Positions 9,968-20,589 are shown, counted from the stretch's first letter. The stretch: 64,000 nt of DNA from an uncultured Granulosicoccaceae bacterium (GCA_938041955.1 CALISD010000062.1:97-64096), one strand, 5' to 3'. Made by a program: numbers and translations. Notes: generated by a model not told the origin, from the sequence alone.

Positions 9968-12049
9968 TTAGTCCTGAACTGATAAAGTTTCCGAAGCGCT
10001 GATAAGCGCATCAACCACCACCGCGCCGCTCTGCAGGCAGAGTAAAGGATTAATCTCCACTTCACAAAGATGATCAGCATTCGCTTCAACCCATTCACAC
10101 AATTTTGTTATTGCATTAATGATGGATGGAACATCTGCTGCAGCCTGGCCACGATAGCCTTCGAGCACTTGGTGTATTCGTAATTTCGCAATATGTTGCT
10201 GCAACTGTTCTGCAGAAACTGGCAATAACAGTGAAACGGTATCACGCATCAACTCGGTTAATATGCCACCGGCACCGACAGTCAGCTTGAATAAGCCATC
10301 AGGTTCACGCACCACACCGATCAGTAACTCTGCTATAGCCCCCTGGTGGTAAGACTCCAGTAAGACAACATCACAGCTGGTGAGCAGATACCCCGCATGA
10401 GTGCGCAACGCGTCCTCAGTCTGCACATTCAGTATCACACCACCCTGCTCTGTTTTATGGGCCAGCCCGGAGACTTTGATCACTAGCGGATATCCCACTG
10501 ACTCAGCAGCTTCAATAGATTCGTCTACCGAGCGAGCCTGAAACGCAGTGGCTACAGGCAAGCCTGCATGCAGCAATATTCTCTTAGCGTCGTACTCAGA
10601 CATTACGATCGGAGACTCTATCAAATGATGCGTTTGCAGCAACGGTTTAGTCGAGTAGTTAAGCAGGTCAATAGCGCTGCCAACAAATGCAGCGGCCGCT
10701 ACCGCATCAAGTGCTTCTTCTATCCCGCCGAACGCTGGAATATTCTTTTCCATCAGCTGCTCGCACACTGACTCCGGCAGGTTTTCCGGTAACGTCGCCA
10801 ATACCGCCACCGCGGCACCAGTGGCATCACGCGCTGCAAGCAGTGCATCAATGGCCACCCACCAACTGTCATCGGCGCAGGTATCTGCACGCGGAAAATC
10901 AATTACTAAAAACGTTATTTCTGCAGGGGTTTGCAGCATCGCAGCAAACGTTGCTGTCATTGCCTCAAGGTCATTCCAAATATAAGTGTGATAGTCGAGC
11001 GGATTAGCCAACGCTACCATCGGACCCAGTGCGTCGCGTAACGCTTGCTGCTGTGCGGCACTCAGCGATGGGTATTCTAACGGCCTGTCAGCAATGGCAT
11101 CTGCCATCAAACTCGCCTCACCCCCTGAGCAACTCATCGAAGCTATGGTATTGCCGTTTAAAATCCCGCAGGTGTGTAATAACTTAAGCGACTCAAGAAA
11201 GGAGGGAATTGAAAAAACACGCGCAAAACCCAAATGCTCTATTAATGCACTCGATGCAGCATCAGTCCCGGAAAGTGAATTGGTGTGAGAGACCATTGCC
11301 GCTTGTGACTGTTCCGATCGACCGGCCTTGATGACGACTATACCGATGCCCTTTTTGCGTGCTTTGGCAGCCAGGAGTTGCAATCCACGATAATCTCCAA
11401 AGCCTTCTACGTGTAGTCCAATAGCGGTAACACGCTCGTCATCAAGAAGCGCCATTGCCATATCAGCAATACTGACCTGCGCCTGATTGCCCGCCGTCAT
11501 CACATACGCAATGGGAAGACCTCGGCGCTGCATGGTCATATTGATGGCGATATTGGATGACTGCGTAATGATCACCACACCTCTTTGCACTCTTTTACCG
11601 CCGTGTTGATCGGGCCACAGCAAAGCGCCATCAAGGTAATTGATTAAGCCATAACAATTTGGACCGACTATCGGCATGTTGCCCGCAGCATCAATCAGTT
11701 GCTGCTGCAATGCAGTGGCTGCATTGTCTTCCGCAGCCGCTTCACTGAAGCCGGATGCAAAGCAGACCGCACCACCGGCATTGGCAGCAGACAGCTGACT
11801 CACAATATCAACAGTCAGGTGTCGATTAACACCGATAAAAGTAGCATCCGGTGTTGACGGAAGTTCCGCCACTGATCGATAACAACGATAGCCGTGTACG
11901 TCATCAAGCGTGGGGTGTACTGGCCATAGTTCGCCTTCATACCTCATGCGAACACACTGTTCGATGACGCTACGGCCCCAGGAACCGCCGATCACTGCAA
12001 TGCTTTTCGGGCGTAGCAGCCGGTTCAGATTCAAATCATACTTTGCCAT
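9968..12049 (-). CDS. ADP-forming acyl-CoA synthetase (acetate-CoA ligase family; fused CoA-binding/ligase and ATP-grasp domains)
   Basis: 693 aa. N-terminal CoA-binding fold (PKSIAVIGGS, GPNCYGLINY), succinyl-CoA-synthetase-like flavodoxin domain, C-terminal ATP-grasp (YPLVIKVSGLAHKTEQGGV). Confidence 0.85.
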   Translation of the reverse strand: MAKYDLNLNRLLRPKSIAVIGGSWGRSVIEQCVRMRYEGELWPVHPTLDDVHGYRCYRSVAELPSTPDATFIGVNRHLTVDIVSQLSAANAGGAVCFASGFSEAAAEDNAATALQQQLIDAAGNMPIVGPNCYGLINYLDGALLWPDQHGGKRVQRGVVIITQSSNIAINMTMQRRGLPIAYVMTAGNQAQVSIADMAMALLDDERVTAIGLHVEGFGDYRGLQLLAAKARKKGIGIVVIKAGRSEQSQAAMVSHTNSLSGTDAASSALIEHLGFARVFSIPSFLESLKLLHTCGILNGNTIASMSCSGGEASLMADAIADRPLEYPSLSAAQQQALRDALGPMVALANPLDYHTYIWNDLEAMTATFAAMLQTPAEITFLVIDFPRADTCADDSWWVAIDALLAARDATGAAVAVLATLPENLPESVCEQLMEKNIPAFGGIEEALDAVAAAAFVGSAIDLLNYSTKPLLQTHHLIESPIVMSEYDAKRILLHAGLPVATAFQARSVDESIEAAESVGYPLVIKVSGLAHKTEQGGVILNVQTEDALRTHAGYLLTSCDVVLLESYHQGAIAELLIGVVREPDGLFKLTVGAGGILTELMRDTVSLLLPVSAEQLQQHIAKLRIHQVLEGYRGQAAADVPSIINAITKLCEWVEANADHLCEVEINPLLCLQSGAVVVDALISASETLSVQD

Positions 12050-12059
12050 AAGCTACACG

Positions 12060-13220
12060 CTACGCACCCAACGGGCGTAACAGCTCACGACTGATAATAT
12101 GACGTTGTATCTCAGAGGTACCATCCCAGATTCTCTCTACTCTGGCGTCACGCCAAAAACGTGCAAGCGGCAAATCACTCATCAGGCCCATACCACCGAA
12201 TATCTGAATTGCCTCATCAGTGACTCGAGCGAGCATTTCAGACGCATAAACCTTTGCACTGGCAATTTCGCGATTCGCAGGCAGCTGTTGATCAAGCCGC
12301 CAGGCACCATTCAGCGTTAGCAGGTCCGCTGCATCAATCTCGGTGATCATGTCTGCGATCTTAAAGCCTACCCCTTGAAACTTGCCTATCGCCTGCCCGA
12401 ACTGTTTTCTATCTGCCGCCTGTTGCAAGGCCAGATCAAATACCCGACGTGCGCGACCGACACACATGGCGGCGACGGTTATTCGCGTCGCATACAACCA
12501 CTCATTCATGATGTTAAAACCACCGTGCAGCTCACCGAGAATTTGCGCATCCGGCAATCTGCAGTTATCAAACTCCAAGCGGCAGTTCTGATAACCGCGG
12601 TGAGAAACAGAATCATAACCCGGAAGTATTTCAAAACCCGGAGTACCGCGATCAACCAAAAAGCAGGTGATCTTCTTTTTCATGCCGCGTGGCGTTTCTT
12701 CCTCCCCTGTGGCGATAAATACAATCACAAAGTCTGCAACATTGGCGTGTGAAATAAAATGCTTGTTACCATTCACTACCCAGTCGCCACCCTGCTTCTT
12801 TGCAGTGCATCTCATGCCACGAACATCAGAACCCGCATCAGGCTCCGTCATTGCCAACGCATCCATCTTCTCACCACGCACCGCCGGCATCAGATAGCGT
12901 TCCCGCTGATCACCTTCACAGGCCATCAGAATATTTGATGGGCGACCAAAAAAGTGATTTAACGCCATGGAAGAACGTCCAAGCTCTCGTTCTACCAGGC
13001 AAAAATCCAGATGACTTAAGCCACCACCGCCGACCTCTTCAGGCATGTTGGATGCGAAGAATCCAATGTCCATACACTTTTGTTTTATTTCCTGCGCAAG
13101 CTCCGCAGGCACCTCACCAGAGCGTTCAACCAGCTCTTCGTGCGGGTACAACTCTTTTTCGCAAAAATTGCGAACGGTAGAGACAATTAGGTCTTGCTCT
13201 TCAGACAGATCAAAATTCAT
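12060..13220 (-). CDS. Acyl-CoA dehydrogenase
   Basis: 386 aa. ACAD N-terminal, middle and C-terminal domains (ALAMTEPDAGSD, QIFGGMG, WDGTSEIQR). Confidence 0.9.
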   Translation of the reverse strand: MNFDLSEEQDLIVSTVRNFCEKELYPHEELVERSGEVPAELAQEIKQKCMDIGFFASNMPEEVGGGGLSHLDFCLVERELGRSSMALNHFFGRPSNILMACEGDQRERYLMPAVRGEKMDALAMTEPDAGSDVRGMRCTAKKQGGDWVVNGNKHFISHANVADFVIVFIATGEEETPRGMKKKITCFLVDRGTPGFEILPGYDSVSHRGYQNCRLEFDNCRLPDAQILGELHGGFNIMNEWLYATRITVAAMCVGRARRVFDLALQQAADRKQFGQAIGKFQGVGFKIADMITEIDAADLLTLNGAWRLDQQLPANREIASAKVYASEMLARVTDEAIQIFGGMGLMSDLPLARFWRDARVERIWDGTSEIQRHIISRELLRPLGA

Positions 13221-13299
13221 TAATGCTTTACCATCGTTAGGTGTAACTATTCAGTAGAAAATGAACTAAATGCGACAGGTGTGCCCTACATAGTTACCG

Positions 13300-14283
13300 T
13301 CAGGTTTCGTCTTTCATGCGCTGATCATGATCGTTAAGCAGCTTACCTGCACCCCAATTGGTTTGCTTTAAACCTCGCATCATTGCGACCAGATTATTAT
13401 CCCTGATACGTTCAAGCTCGCGAATTGTGTGCGCGCCTGATTGCTCATCAGATTGTGATGCAATCTTATCTACTAGCTCATCAGTCAGCTCTGGCACGTC
13501 CATCAACTTGGTCCACGGCCATTCAAGACAAGGCCCGAACTGCGCCATAAAGTGCGCCATGCCAGCTTCACCGCCTGCAACTCGATAGGTTTCAAACAAA
13601 CCCATCTGCCCCCACCGCAAGCCAAAACCAAAGCGGATCGCATCATCGATCTCTTCTGTCGTGGCGATGCCATCTTTAATCAACCATAAACCCTCACGCC
13701 ACACCGCTTCAAGAAAGCGGTCTGCAATGTGTGCATCAATTTCTTTTCGCACTCGAAGTGGCTTCATTCCGACACCTGTTAATAATTCACAAGCGGTATC
13801 GACGATGGATGGATCTGTCTGTTGACCTGCGACCACCTCAACCAATGGCAATAGATATACCGGATTAAATGGATGTGCCACCAGGATCTGGCCGGGACGT
13901 GTCGCGTTTTCCTGCAAGACGGTTGGTTTATAACCGGATGTTGACGACCCCAGGACGGCTGTTTCAGGTGCATGTTTCTGAATTAACTTAAACACTTCGT
14001 GTTTCATTTCTATTCTTTCAGGAACACTTTCCTGTATCCACAGCGCACCCGTCACTGCAGTCTCAATATCAGCAACAAAACTCAAATCACCCTCAGCTGG
14101 CATCTGTACATCAGCGAGTTGCGGCAGTGATTCACGTGCGTTATCGAGTATCTCAAGCACCTTGCGCTCGGTATCCGGCGCTGGATCAAATATTCGTACA
14201 TTCCACCCGTTTAATAAAAAACGCGCTGCCCAACCGCCACCAATAACACCACCGCCAATAATGGCCGCTGTTTTTACACTCAT
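13300..14283 (-). CDS. lcdH: L-carnitine dehydrogenase (3-hydroxyacyl-CoA dehydrogenase fold)
   Basis: 327 aa. Rossmann motif [29 protein letters not shown]. Its ATG overlaps the stop of the upstream BKACE gene (ATGA, 14280-14283), the arrangement seen in carnitine operons. Confidence 0.8.
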   Translation of the reverse strand: MSVKTAAIIGGGVIGGGWAARFLLNGWNVRIFDPAPDTERKVLEILDNARESLPQLADVQMPAEGDLSFVADIETAVTGALWIQESVPERIEMKHEVFKLIQKHAPETAVLGSSTSGYKPTVLQENATRPGQILVAHPFNPVYLLPLVEVVAGQQTDPSIVDTACELLTGVGMKPLRVRKEIDAHIADRFLEAVWREGLWLIKDGIATTEEIDDAIRFGFGLRWGQMGLFETYRVAGGEAGMAHFMAQFGPCLEWPWTKLMDVPELTDELVDKIASQSDEQSGAHTIRELERIRDNNLVAMMRGLKQTNWGAGKLLNDHDQRMKDET

Positions 14284-15200
14284 GATAATGGCCCTGCAGG
14301 TGCTTGTTTCACAAGGTTCAGTGAATCACGCACTTCCTGCGGACCGATCACTGTTGAACCCATATTCTCAATAATGGTCACCGCTCTTTCAACGAGCTGT
14401 GCATTAGTGGCAAGCACACCTTTTTCAAGCCACAGATTATCTTCCAACCCTACCCTTACGTTACCACCTGCAAGTACTGAAGCTGCAACAAATGGCATTT
14501 GATTGCGGCTTATAGAAAACGCCGAGAACGTCCAATTCGGCGGAACGTTATTGACCATGGCCATAAACGTGTTCAAGTCATCTGGCGCGCCCCATGGAAT
14601 ACCCATACATAACTGCACCAACGCCGGATCTTTTAAAATGCCTTCTTCTACCAATTGCTTGGCGAACCACAAGTGACCTGTATCAAAAGCTTCGATTTCC
14701 GCCCGCACATTGAGCTCCGTCATCAATCTGGCCATTTCTCTGAGCATGCCGGGTGTATTAGTGGCTACATAATCAGCCTCTGCAAAATTCATTGTGCCGC
14801 AATCAAGCGTACACATTTCCGGCAGGCATTCAGCAATGTGGGATACACGCTCACGTGGTCCGACCAGGTCTGTACCGGCACTGGGTGGCAGTGGATTTTC
14901 ACCTCCACCGAAAACGAGATCACCACCCATACCTGCAGTCAGATTCAACACCACATCAACCTCACTATCGCGAATGCGGTCGGTAACCTCACGATAGTAT
15001 TCGAGCTTGCGGGAGGGCGCGCCAGTCTCAGGATCACGCACATGGCAGTGCACTACAGCGGCGCCTGCACGGGCAGCATCAATGGCACTGTTGGCAATTT
15101 GCTCGGGACTGCGCGGCACGTGCGGAGATCGATCTTGCGAACCACCGGAGCCGGTGACAGCACACGTGATAAAGACATTTTTATTAGGCGTTAAACTCAT
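14280..15200 (-). CDS. BKACE family beta-keto acid cleavage enzyme (DUF849; dehydrocarnitine cleavage type)
   Basis: 306 aa. FITCAVTG...SPHVP.SPEQIA and [12 protein letters not shown] are typical of the 3-keto-5-aminohexanoate cleavage enzyme family. Confidence 0.85.
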   Translation of the reverse strand: MSLTPNKNVFITCAVTGSGGSQDRSPHVPRSPEQIANSAIDAARAGAAVVHCHVRDPETGAPSRKLEYYREVTDRIRDSEVDVVLNLTAGMGGDLVFGGGENPLPPSAGTDLVGPRERVSHIAECLPEMCTLDCGTMNFAEADYVATNTPGMLREMARLMTELNVRAEIEAFDTGHLWFAKQLVEEGILKDPALVQLCMGIPWGAPDDLNTFMAMVNNVPPNWTFSAFSISRNQMPFVAASVLAGGNVRVGLEDNLWLEKGVLATNAQLVERAVTIIENMGSTVIGPQEVRDSLNLVKQAPAGPLS

Positions 15201-15355
15201 TGGTCACAGTCCGTCTGGTCGAGATACCTGCGATTGTATCCGCCAACGCCTGAAGAACCCACGGGTTTATTTGCCGGCGATGATCCGCCGACGCCGCAAT
15301 ACAGTCAAATTGAGACCTGCAAGTGGTCGATCGCCCCTGTGCAAATACGGTCAGA

Positions 15356-15793
15356 CTAAGATTGCGTGCCGTGGCGGAGTTGCCAGATGGACTGCAAACC
15401 CTGCGACCGGGTGCTTGCATAACTGAGCTTAACAATGGGTGACAGCGCTGCTTTCCATACCTCAGCCCCGTAGTCCGCCCAGCGTTCGGCAGGTACCAGC
15501 ACACCATCAAAGCCGGTTTGCAATGCCATGCTCAGCTGATCCGGATTTATGCAGCCGACAGCATAGAGCTTTCCTTGATAAGCCATTTTGCCGAGCACCG
15601 CTTTGGCAAGTGAAAACCCACGGCCATCCGCGGCGCCGGTAAATTCAATCAGCAGAATGTCTGCGTCAATATCACTAACAGACAAAGTGGCCGGGTCGGT
15701 TTCTCCTTCCAGACTAGCAAACATAGCGACAGCCTTCGCGTCAATCTCACCGACCGTACCGTCCGCTTTTAACAACCGCACTACATCAGACAT
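15356..15793 (-). CDS. DUF934 domain protein (sulfite-reductase-associated)
   Basis: 145 aa. ILLIEFTGAADGRGFSLAK...GKLYAVG is the DUF934 pattern. Its start overlaps the stop of the sulfite reductase gene by 8 nt. Confidence 0.8.
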   Translation of the reverse strand: MSDVVRLLKADGTVGEIDAKAVAMFASLEGETDPATLSVSDIDADILLIEFTGAADGRGFSLAKAVLGKMAYQGKLYAVGCINPDQLSMALQTGFDGVLVPAERWADYGAEVWKAALSPIVKLSYASTRSQGLQSIWQLRHGTQS

Positions 15794-17435
15794 AAGCCGC
15801 CTCCTTAAAGGGCTCTTTACCTACGCGATCATAAGTATCTGACAGGCTTTCTCCGGCATCACGCACATCAACATAAAAATCGATGATGCGTTCAATCACA
15901 TGAGGCACTTCATCACCGGACACACCCGGCCCCAGCCTCTCGCCTATAGAGGCGTTTTGATCATTGCGACCACCGAGTGTTAACTGATAGTTTTCGACTC
16001 CGCCTTTGTTTAAACCAAGCACACCGATGTTGGCAACATGATGATGGGCACACGCATTGATGCACCCGGATATATTGACCGATATTCCTCCCAAATCTGT
16101 TTTCTTTTCTGTCGCACGAATTTTAGCTGATACTGCTTGCGCAATCGGGATGGATCTGGCCGTGGCAAGTGCACAGTAATCCAGGCCCGGGCAGGCAATG
16201 ATGTCACTGGGCAAATCTATATTGTCCTCGGCCAACTCTATTTCCACCAAGGCCTGCCATAAAGCAAACAGATCACGCTCCAATACATGCGGCAATACCA
16301 GGTTTTGCCGGTGTGTTACACGCAACTCATCATGCGAATAACGCACAGCCAACTCGGCAAGTTCCCGCATCTGTCTGGAAGTTGCATCTCCGGGTATGCC
16401 GCCTGCCGGCTTCAACGACACCATTGCGATGACATAACCACGCACTTTGTGCGGCTTCACGTTTTGCTGTTTCCAGGCGTCAAATTCTGGGTGAGGCACC
16501 GAGCCGTTGTTCGTTAATTCACCGCTTTCATTATGGGAGGCGTAGTCAGGCGTAAGGGAATTTTCCGTTATTCTTTGCAGCTCTGCTGCAACATTAACAA
16601 AGGGAGTCCGATCAAGCGATTGGAACTCGGCCTCCACTTGCTCCTGCAATTTCTCAAGACCTGTCTCTGCCAATAGAATTTTTATACGCGCTTTATACTT
16701 GTTATCACGCCGACCGTAACGGTTATACACACGCATAATCGCTTCAAGATAGGGTAACAAATCCTCAAGGGCGACTCCTTGTTTGAACAATTGAGCAACC
16801 TTAGGTGTGCGCCCCTGACCACCACCAACCCAGATATCGGTGAGTGGTCTGTTATCAGAACCCTTCCTTAACCGCAGGCCAATGTCATGCACTTTGATCG
16901 CAGCACGATCAATAGCACTTCCGGTGATCGCAAACTTAAATTTACGCGGTAAATAGGCAAATTCAGGATGCAGCGTTGACCATTGTCGCAACAATTCACA
17001 TAACGGCCGCGGGTCAACCTCTTCATCTGCGGCGGCACCTGCAAAAGGATCAGTAGTGATATTGCGAATACAGTTCCCACTGGTTTGAATAGCGTGCATT
17101 TGCACACCAGCAAGATCATCGAGAATATCGGGCGTCTCAATAAGCTTGGGCCAGTTGAATTGAATATTCTGTCTGGTCGTGAAGTGTCCATATCCACGAT
17201 CATATTTGTCTGCTATGTCAGCTAGCTTCGCCATTTGTTTTGACGACAACACGCCATAGGGAATGGCAACCCGAAGCATGTAGGCATGTAATTGCAGATA
17301 CAAACCATTCATTAGCCGCAATGGCTTAAATTCAGCCTCACTAATAGAGCCCGCCAGGCGGCGCTCGACCTGCGCACGAAACTCAGCGCTTCGTTGCTCG
17401 ACAATAGACTGATCCAGCTGATCGTATTGATACAT
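15786..17435 (-). CDS. cysI: Assimilatory sulfite (nitrite/sulfite) reductase hemoprotein
   Basis: Siroheme/4Fe-4S cysteine clusters CPGLDYCALA and SGCINACAHHH. I moved the start to ATG 17435 (MYQYDQLDQ...), the usual N-terminus for this family. It lies 1 nt after the stop of the DUF2849 gene. The track start at 17468 would overlap that gene. Confidence 0.9.
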   Translation of the reverse strand: MYQYDQLDQSIVEQRSAEFRAQVERRLAGSISEAEFKPLRLMNGLYLQLHAYMLRVAIPYGVLSSKQMAKLADIADKYDRGYGHFTTRQNIQFNWPKLIETPDILDDLAGVQMHAIQTSGNCIRNITTDPFAGAAADEEVDPRPLCELLRQWSTLHPEFAYLPRKFKFAITGSAIDRAAIKVHDIGLRLRKGSDNRPLTDIWVGGGQGRTPKVAQLFKQGVALEDLLPYLEAIMRVYNRYGRRDNKYKARIKILLAETGLEKLQEQVEAEFQSLDRTPFVNVAAELQRITENSLTPDYASHNESGELTNNGSVPHPEFDAWKQQNVKPHKVRGYVIAMVSLKPAGGIPGDATSRQMRELAELAVRYSHDELRVTHRQNLVLPHVLERDLFALWQALVEIELAEDNIDLPSDIIACPGLDYCALATARSIPIAQAVSAKIRATEKKTDLGGISVNISGCINACAHHHVANIGVLGLNKGGVENYQLTLGGRNDQNASIGERLGPGVSGDEVPHVIERIIDFYVDVRDAGESLSDTYDRVGKEPFKEAAYV

Positions 17436-17436
17436 A

Positions 17437-17742
17437 TTAAGCTGCTTGGTCGATGCCCACCCGGGCATTGTTAATAATGGTCGGGCCGCTTAATCTGATG
17501 CGCTCTCTAATGTTGCTGGCGCATAGATCAGGCTCAATACCCACCAAATACGGATCAATGACCAGATTTGCACCCTCGCCACTCAACGCTGTGACCAGGC
17601 GACTTTCTGCATAGTCCTGCTGATCCAATAATTCTGCGTCTACAACAGAATCACTCCAGCGCGAATCTTCCGTTAAATAAACAGTTCTACCGGTACGAAG
17701 ATCATTGGCAATGATTATTGACTGCGAGTGTTTTAATGGCAT
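17437..17742 (-). CDS. DUF2849 domain protein
   Basis: ATG at 17742 gives 101 aa (MPLKHSQSIIIANDLRTGRTVYL...), the typical DUF2849 length and N-terminus. The track start at 17775 is a TTG. Confidence 0.75.
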   Translation of the reverse strand: MPLKHSQSIIIANDLRTGRTVYLTEDSRWSDSVVDAELLDQQDYAESRLVTALSGEGANLVIDPYLVGIEPDLCASNIRERIRLSGPTIINNARVGIDQAA

Positions 17743-17857
17743 GTCGGCTTCATCTGAGTGCGATTTAGACGTCAATGTGGGATATTATTCAGATACAATC
17801 AATATACACAGAACAAAATTGTATTCAATTTCATTAAAACAAATAAAAACGGAACAA

Positions 17858-18346
17858 ATGACTAAGTCTGAACAAAAACGCAGAACACCGGCCAAACTGG
17901 ACGAGATGGACAGGAAGATTCTGATCCAACTGCAAAAAGACGCGACATGGTCAATGGACAGATTGGCCAAACATGTCGGTGTCTCAAAAACTGCAGCCTG
18001 GAACCGGGTTCAACGCATGCTGGAATCGGGCGTCATCAAACGCCAGGTCAGCGTATTAGACCCACACTGTATCGGCCTGCTTGAGACCTTTTTCATCGCG
18101 ATCAAAACCAACCAGCATCAACAAGGCTGGTTAGAACAATTCAATTCAGTGATTCAAAAATGGCCGGAGATCATCGAAGCGCATCGCCTGGCCGGGGATA
18201 TTGACTATCTGATCAAGGTGCAAGTCGCTTCCACGCGCGATTTTGACGAGCTTTACAAAAATATTGTCGCTGAAGTTGAGCTATACAGTGTCACCTCAAG
18301 TTTATCGATGGAAGTGATGAAACATGAGACTGCGTTGCCACTGTAA
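17858..18346 (+). CDS. Lrp/AsnC family transcriptional regulator
   Basis: ATG at 17858 gives 162 aa (MTKSEQKRRTPAKLDEMDRKILIQLQKD...), with an HTH_AsnC domain and a ligand-binding domain. The longer track ORF (17705) would overlap the divergent DUF2849 gene. Confidence 0.85.
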   Translation: MTKSEQKRRTPAKLDEMDRKILIQLQKDATWSMDRLAKHVGVSKTAAWNRVQRMLESGVIKRQVSVLDPHCIGLLETFFIAIKTNQHQQGWLEQFNSVIQKWPEIIEAHRLAGDIDYLIKVQVASTRDFDELYKNIVAEVELYSVTSSLSMEVMKHETALPL

Positions 18347-18546
18347 CCAGAGACTGAAGAGCAACCACAAACTACTTAGGCTCGCCCCCACTATCTCCAG
18401 CCCACGCGGAAACCACTATTGTTTATTGCTCTCGGTATGAAATACCGACAAGTGCAGTTTGCTTGGCACAGAACCTGACACACAATACAGGTACAGCAGT
18501 CTTCACTTGCAGTAGATATACACTGAAATATTCCGCTCAGAATTCA

Positions 18547-20589
18547 ATGATTGAAAATACATCTGACAGCAAACACGCCACCGGCATGGGGCGCCTGGTC
18601 GTCGCCTATGTCGTTTCGCTACTGGCATTGGTACTTTCTATAACCATAAGTTATGTAATTCTTCAAAATATAATAGAAACTCAACGCACACTGCATTTGG
18701 TGAATACCCACATCAACGCCATTCAACTCTCGGTGACCGACTCCGTTGGGGTTCTGAACGATTACAAATTTGAGCAAAAGAAAAACCAATCAAACACCAG
18801 ATTAATGCGGCTTATTGAGCAACGGGCTCTCGCCTCAGTAGACGAAATATCCCTGCGTCAAAAAAACCTACTTGCGACACGAGACAGATTGGTAAAGACA
18901 AACATCTGGCAGGCGCTAAGCTGGATTTTCGACACCGAAGGTAAATCACTCAACGCAAAACTGAGCCGCTATCTGACCCACATAAGAAACTTGCTCAACG
19001 AACCCTCAGAGCAAAGTGAATCTAAACAATCTCTCCAGATACCTGTAGAAGCGGCTGGCGCAAAAAATGGATCGATGTATAACAGCTTTCAGCAAGCCTC
19101 CATTCAACTACAGGACGCACTCGATCACAACACCACAAGAATCGAGACAGTACATCAGATTCTCACCGCACTGGTTCTGTCGGTTATGTTTCTTATCAGT
19201 CTGCTGGTAATTCTACCATTGCTGAGAAAACTGAGCAGTGAGCATCAGAGCCTCGAGACCGCTAACTCATCGTTATTTAAAATTGCCTACACTGATAGGG
19301 AAACAGGTTTACCCAATCTTGATGGACTGGAAAAGGACCTGAATAATTTAGTTTCTTTTACAGACGCCGAATCAGGCTTCTACCTACTGTTAATCAGAAT
19401 CAAAAATCTTGATGAAATATACAATCTCATTGGCAGCCACAGAGCCAGTGCATTGCTTCAAAATGTAGCATCAAGGCTACAGCAACACGATTCAACACAA
19501 CAATGGTGTCGCAGCGGAGAAGCTGAATTCAGCAGCCTGATAACAGAAGCTAAAGTAGCCAATGCATCGCAATGGGTTAACAGCCTGCAGAGTGAAATCA
19601 CAGCAAAACTTACTATTGAAAGTGTCATCGTCAGACCAACAGTAAGTTTGGCTGTTTCACGAATAAAAAAGTCACAGGTAATTCATGCGAACCTGCTCTG
19701 GGAACACCTGTCAAATGCTCGCATCGCCTCGTGCGCTTTTAAACCACAATCTTGCACATTGCCCGAATACCACACAGATTTAAAGAGTGAATTATCTAAT
19801 AAAAACGAACTGATAAACCAAATCGGTGAAGGTATTATCAAACAACAATTTGTGCCTTTTTATCAAGTAAAAGTAGACGCGCAATCAGGCACACCTTGCT
19901 CACTCGAAGTACTCAGTCGTTGGCGTCAGCCGGACAACACCTATAAGTCGCCCGGCCTGTTTATTCCCGCAGCGGAGACCTCTGGCTTAATTGTTAATCT
20001 TACTTACTCGATCTTTGATCAGGTACTGATTGATATTAAAAAGTGGTGTGCTGGCGGCTTACCTATTGGCAGGGTCGCGATCAATGTCGCCGCTGATGTA
20101 CTCCATCACAATGAGTTTATCAGCCGCCTCGAAACGATGAATTACTCGCTACCATCGCTTTGCGAGGGGTTAGAAATTGAAATCACAGAAAACATCGCAC
20201 TGGGAGAAGACATTGAAAAAGTAGAAACCCTTCTCTCTGCTATTCAAGACATGGGAATCTCTGTGGCTATTGATGACTTCGGCACAGGCTACGCGTCACT
20301 GCAAACGCTCATTGACATGCCGCTGGACGTATTAAAAATCGACCGATCATTCGTTCTGCCAATGCAGGAATCCGGAGAGGGAAATGAAGTTGTTTCGGCA
20401 ATGATATCACTCAGCAACAAACTCAATAAAAAATGCGTTGTTGAAGGGGTAGAAACAGCCTGGCAGTGGCAGCAACTGGTTGACCTCGGTGCAGACGAGT
20501 TACAGGGGTTTTATTTCCATAAACCGGCGCCGGCAGCAGAACTAGAAGAGTTTTTACAAAATAAATGCGAATGGCAAATGTCTGCGTAA
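18547..20589 (+). CDS. Membrane sensor protein with periplasmic domain, degenerate GGDEF domain and EAL phosphodiesterase domain
   Basis: Two TM helices flank a domain of about 170 aa. The GGDEF signature position reads RSGEAEF (19510-19530). EAL-domain residues are intact: EVL (19906-19914), EIEITE, DDFGTGYASL, LKIDRSF, EGVET, QGFYF. ATG 18547 is preferred over TTG 18463. Confidence 0.85.
   Translation: MIENTSDSKHATGMGRLVVAYVVSLLALVLSITISYVILQNIIETQRTLHLVNTHINAIQLSVTDSVGVLNDYKFEQKKNQSNTRLMRLIEQRALASVDEISLRQKNLLATRDRLVKTNIWQALSWIFDTEGKSLNAKLSRYLTHIRNLLNEPSEQSESKQSLQIPVEAAGAKNGSMYNSFQQASIQLQDALDHNTTRIETVHQILTALVLSVMFLISLLVILPLLRKLSSEHQSLETANSSLFKIAYTDRETGLPNLDGLEKDLNNLVSFTDAESGFYLLLIRIKNLDEIYNLIGSHRASALLQNVASRLQQHDSTQQWCRSGEAEFSSLITEAKVANASQWVNSLQSEITAKLTIESVIVRPTVSLAVSRIKKSQVIHANLLWEHLSNARIASCAFKPQSCTLPEYHTDLKSELSNKNELINQIGEGIIKQQFVPFYQVKVDAQSGTPCSLEVLSRWRQPDNTYKSPGLFIPAAETSGLIVNLTYSIFDQVLIDIKKWCAGGLPIGRVAINVAADVLHHNEFISRLETMNYSLPSLCEGLEIEITENIALGEDIEKVETLLSAIQDMGISVAIDDFGTGYASLQTLIDMPLDVLKIDRSFVLPMQESGEGNEVVSAMISLSNKLNKKCVVEGVETAWQWQQLVDLGADELQGFYFHKPAPAAELEEFLQNKCEWQMSA

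Noticed and set aside
14655-15194. Long antisense ORFs inside well-supported genes (for example 14655..15194, 12375..12752, 12800..13180, 22716..23174, 34688..35083, 55850..56254, 47464..47823)
   Set aside because: They are shadow ORFs on the opposite strand of genes with clear family signatures. Their translations are low-complexity (Arg/Ser/Pro/Cys-rich) with no motifs.
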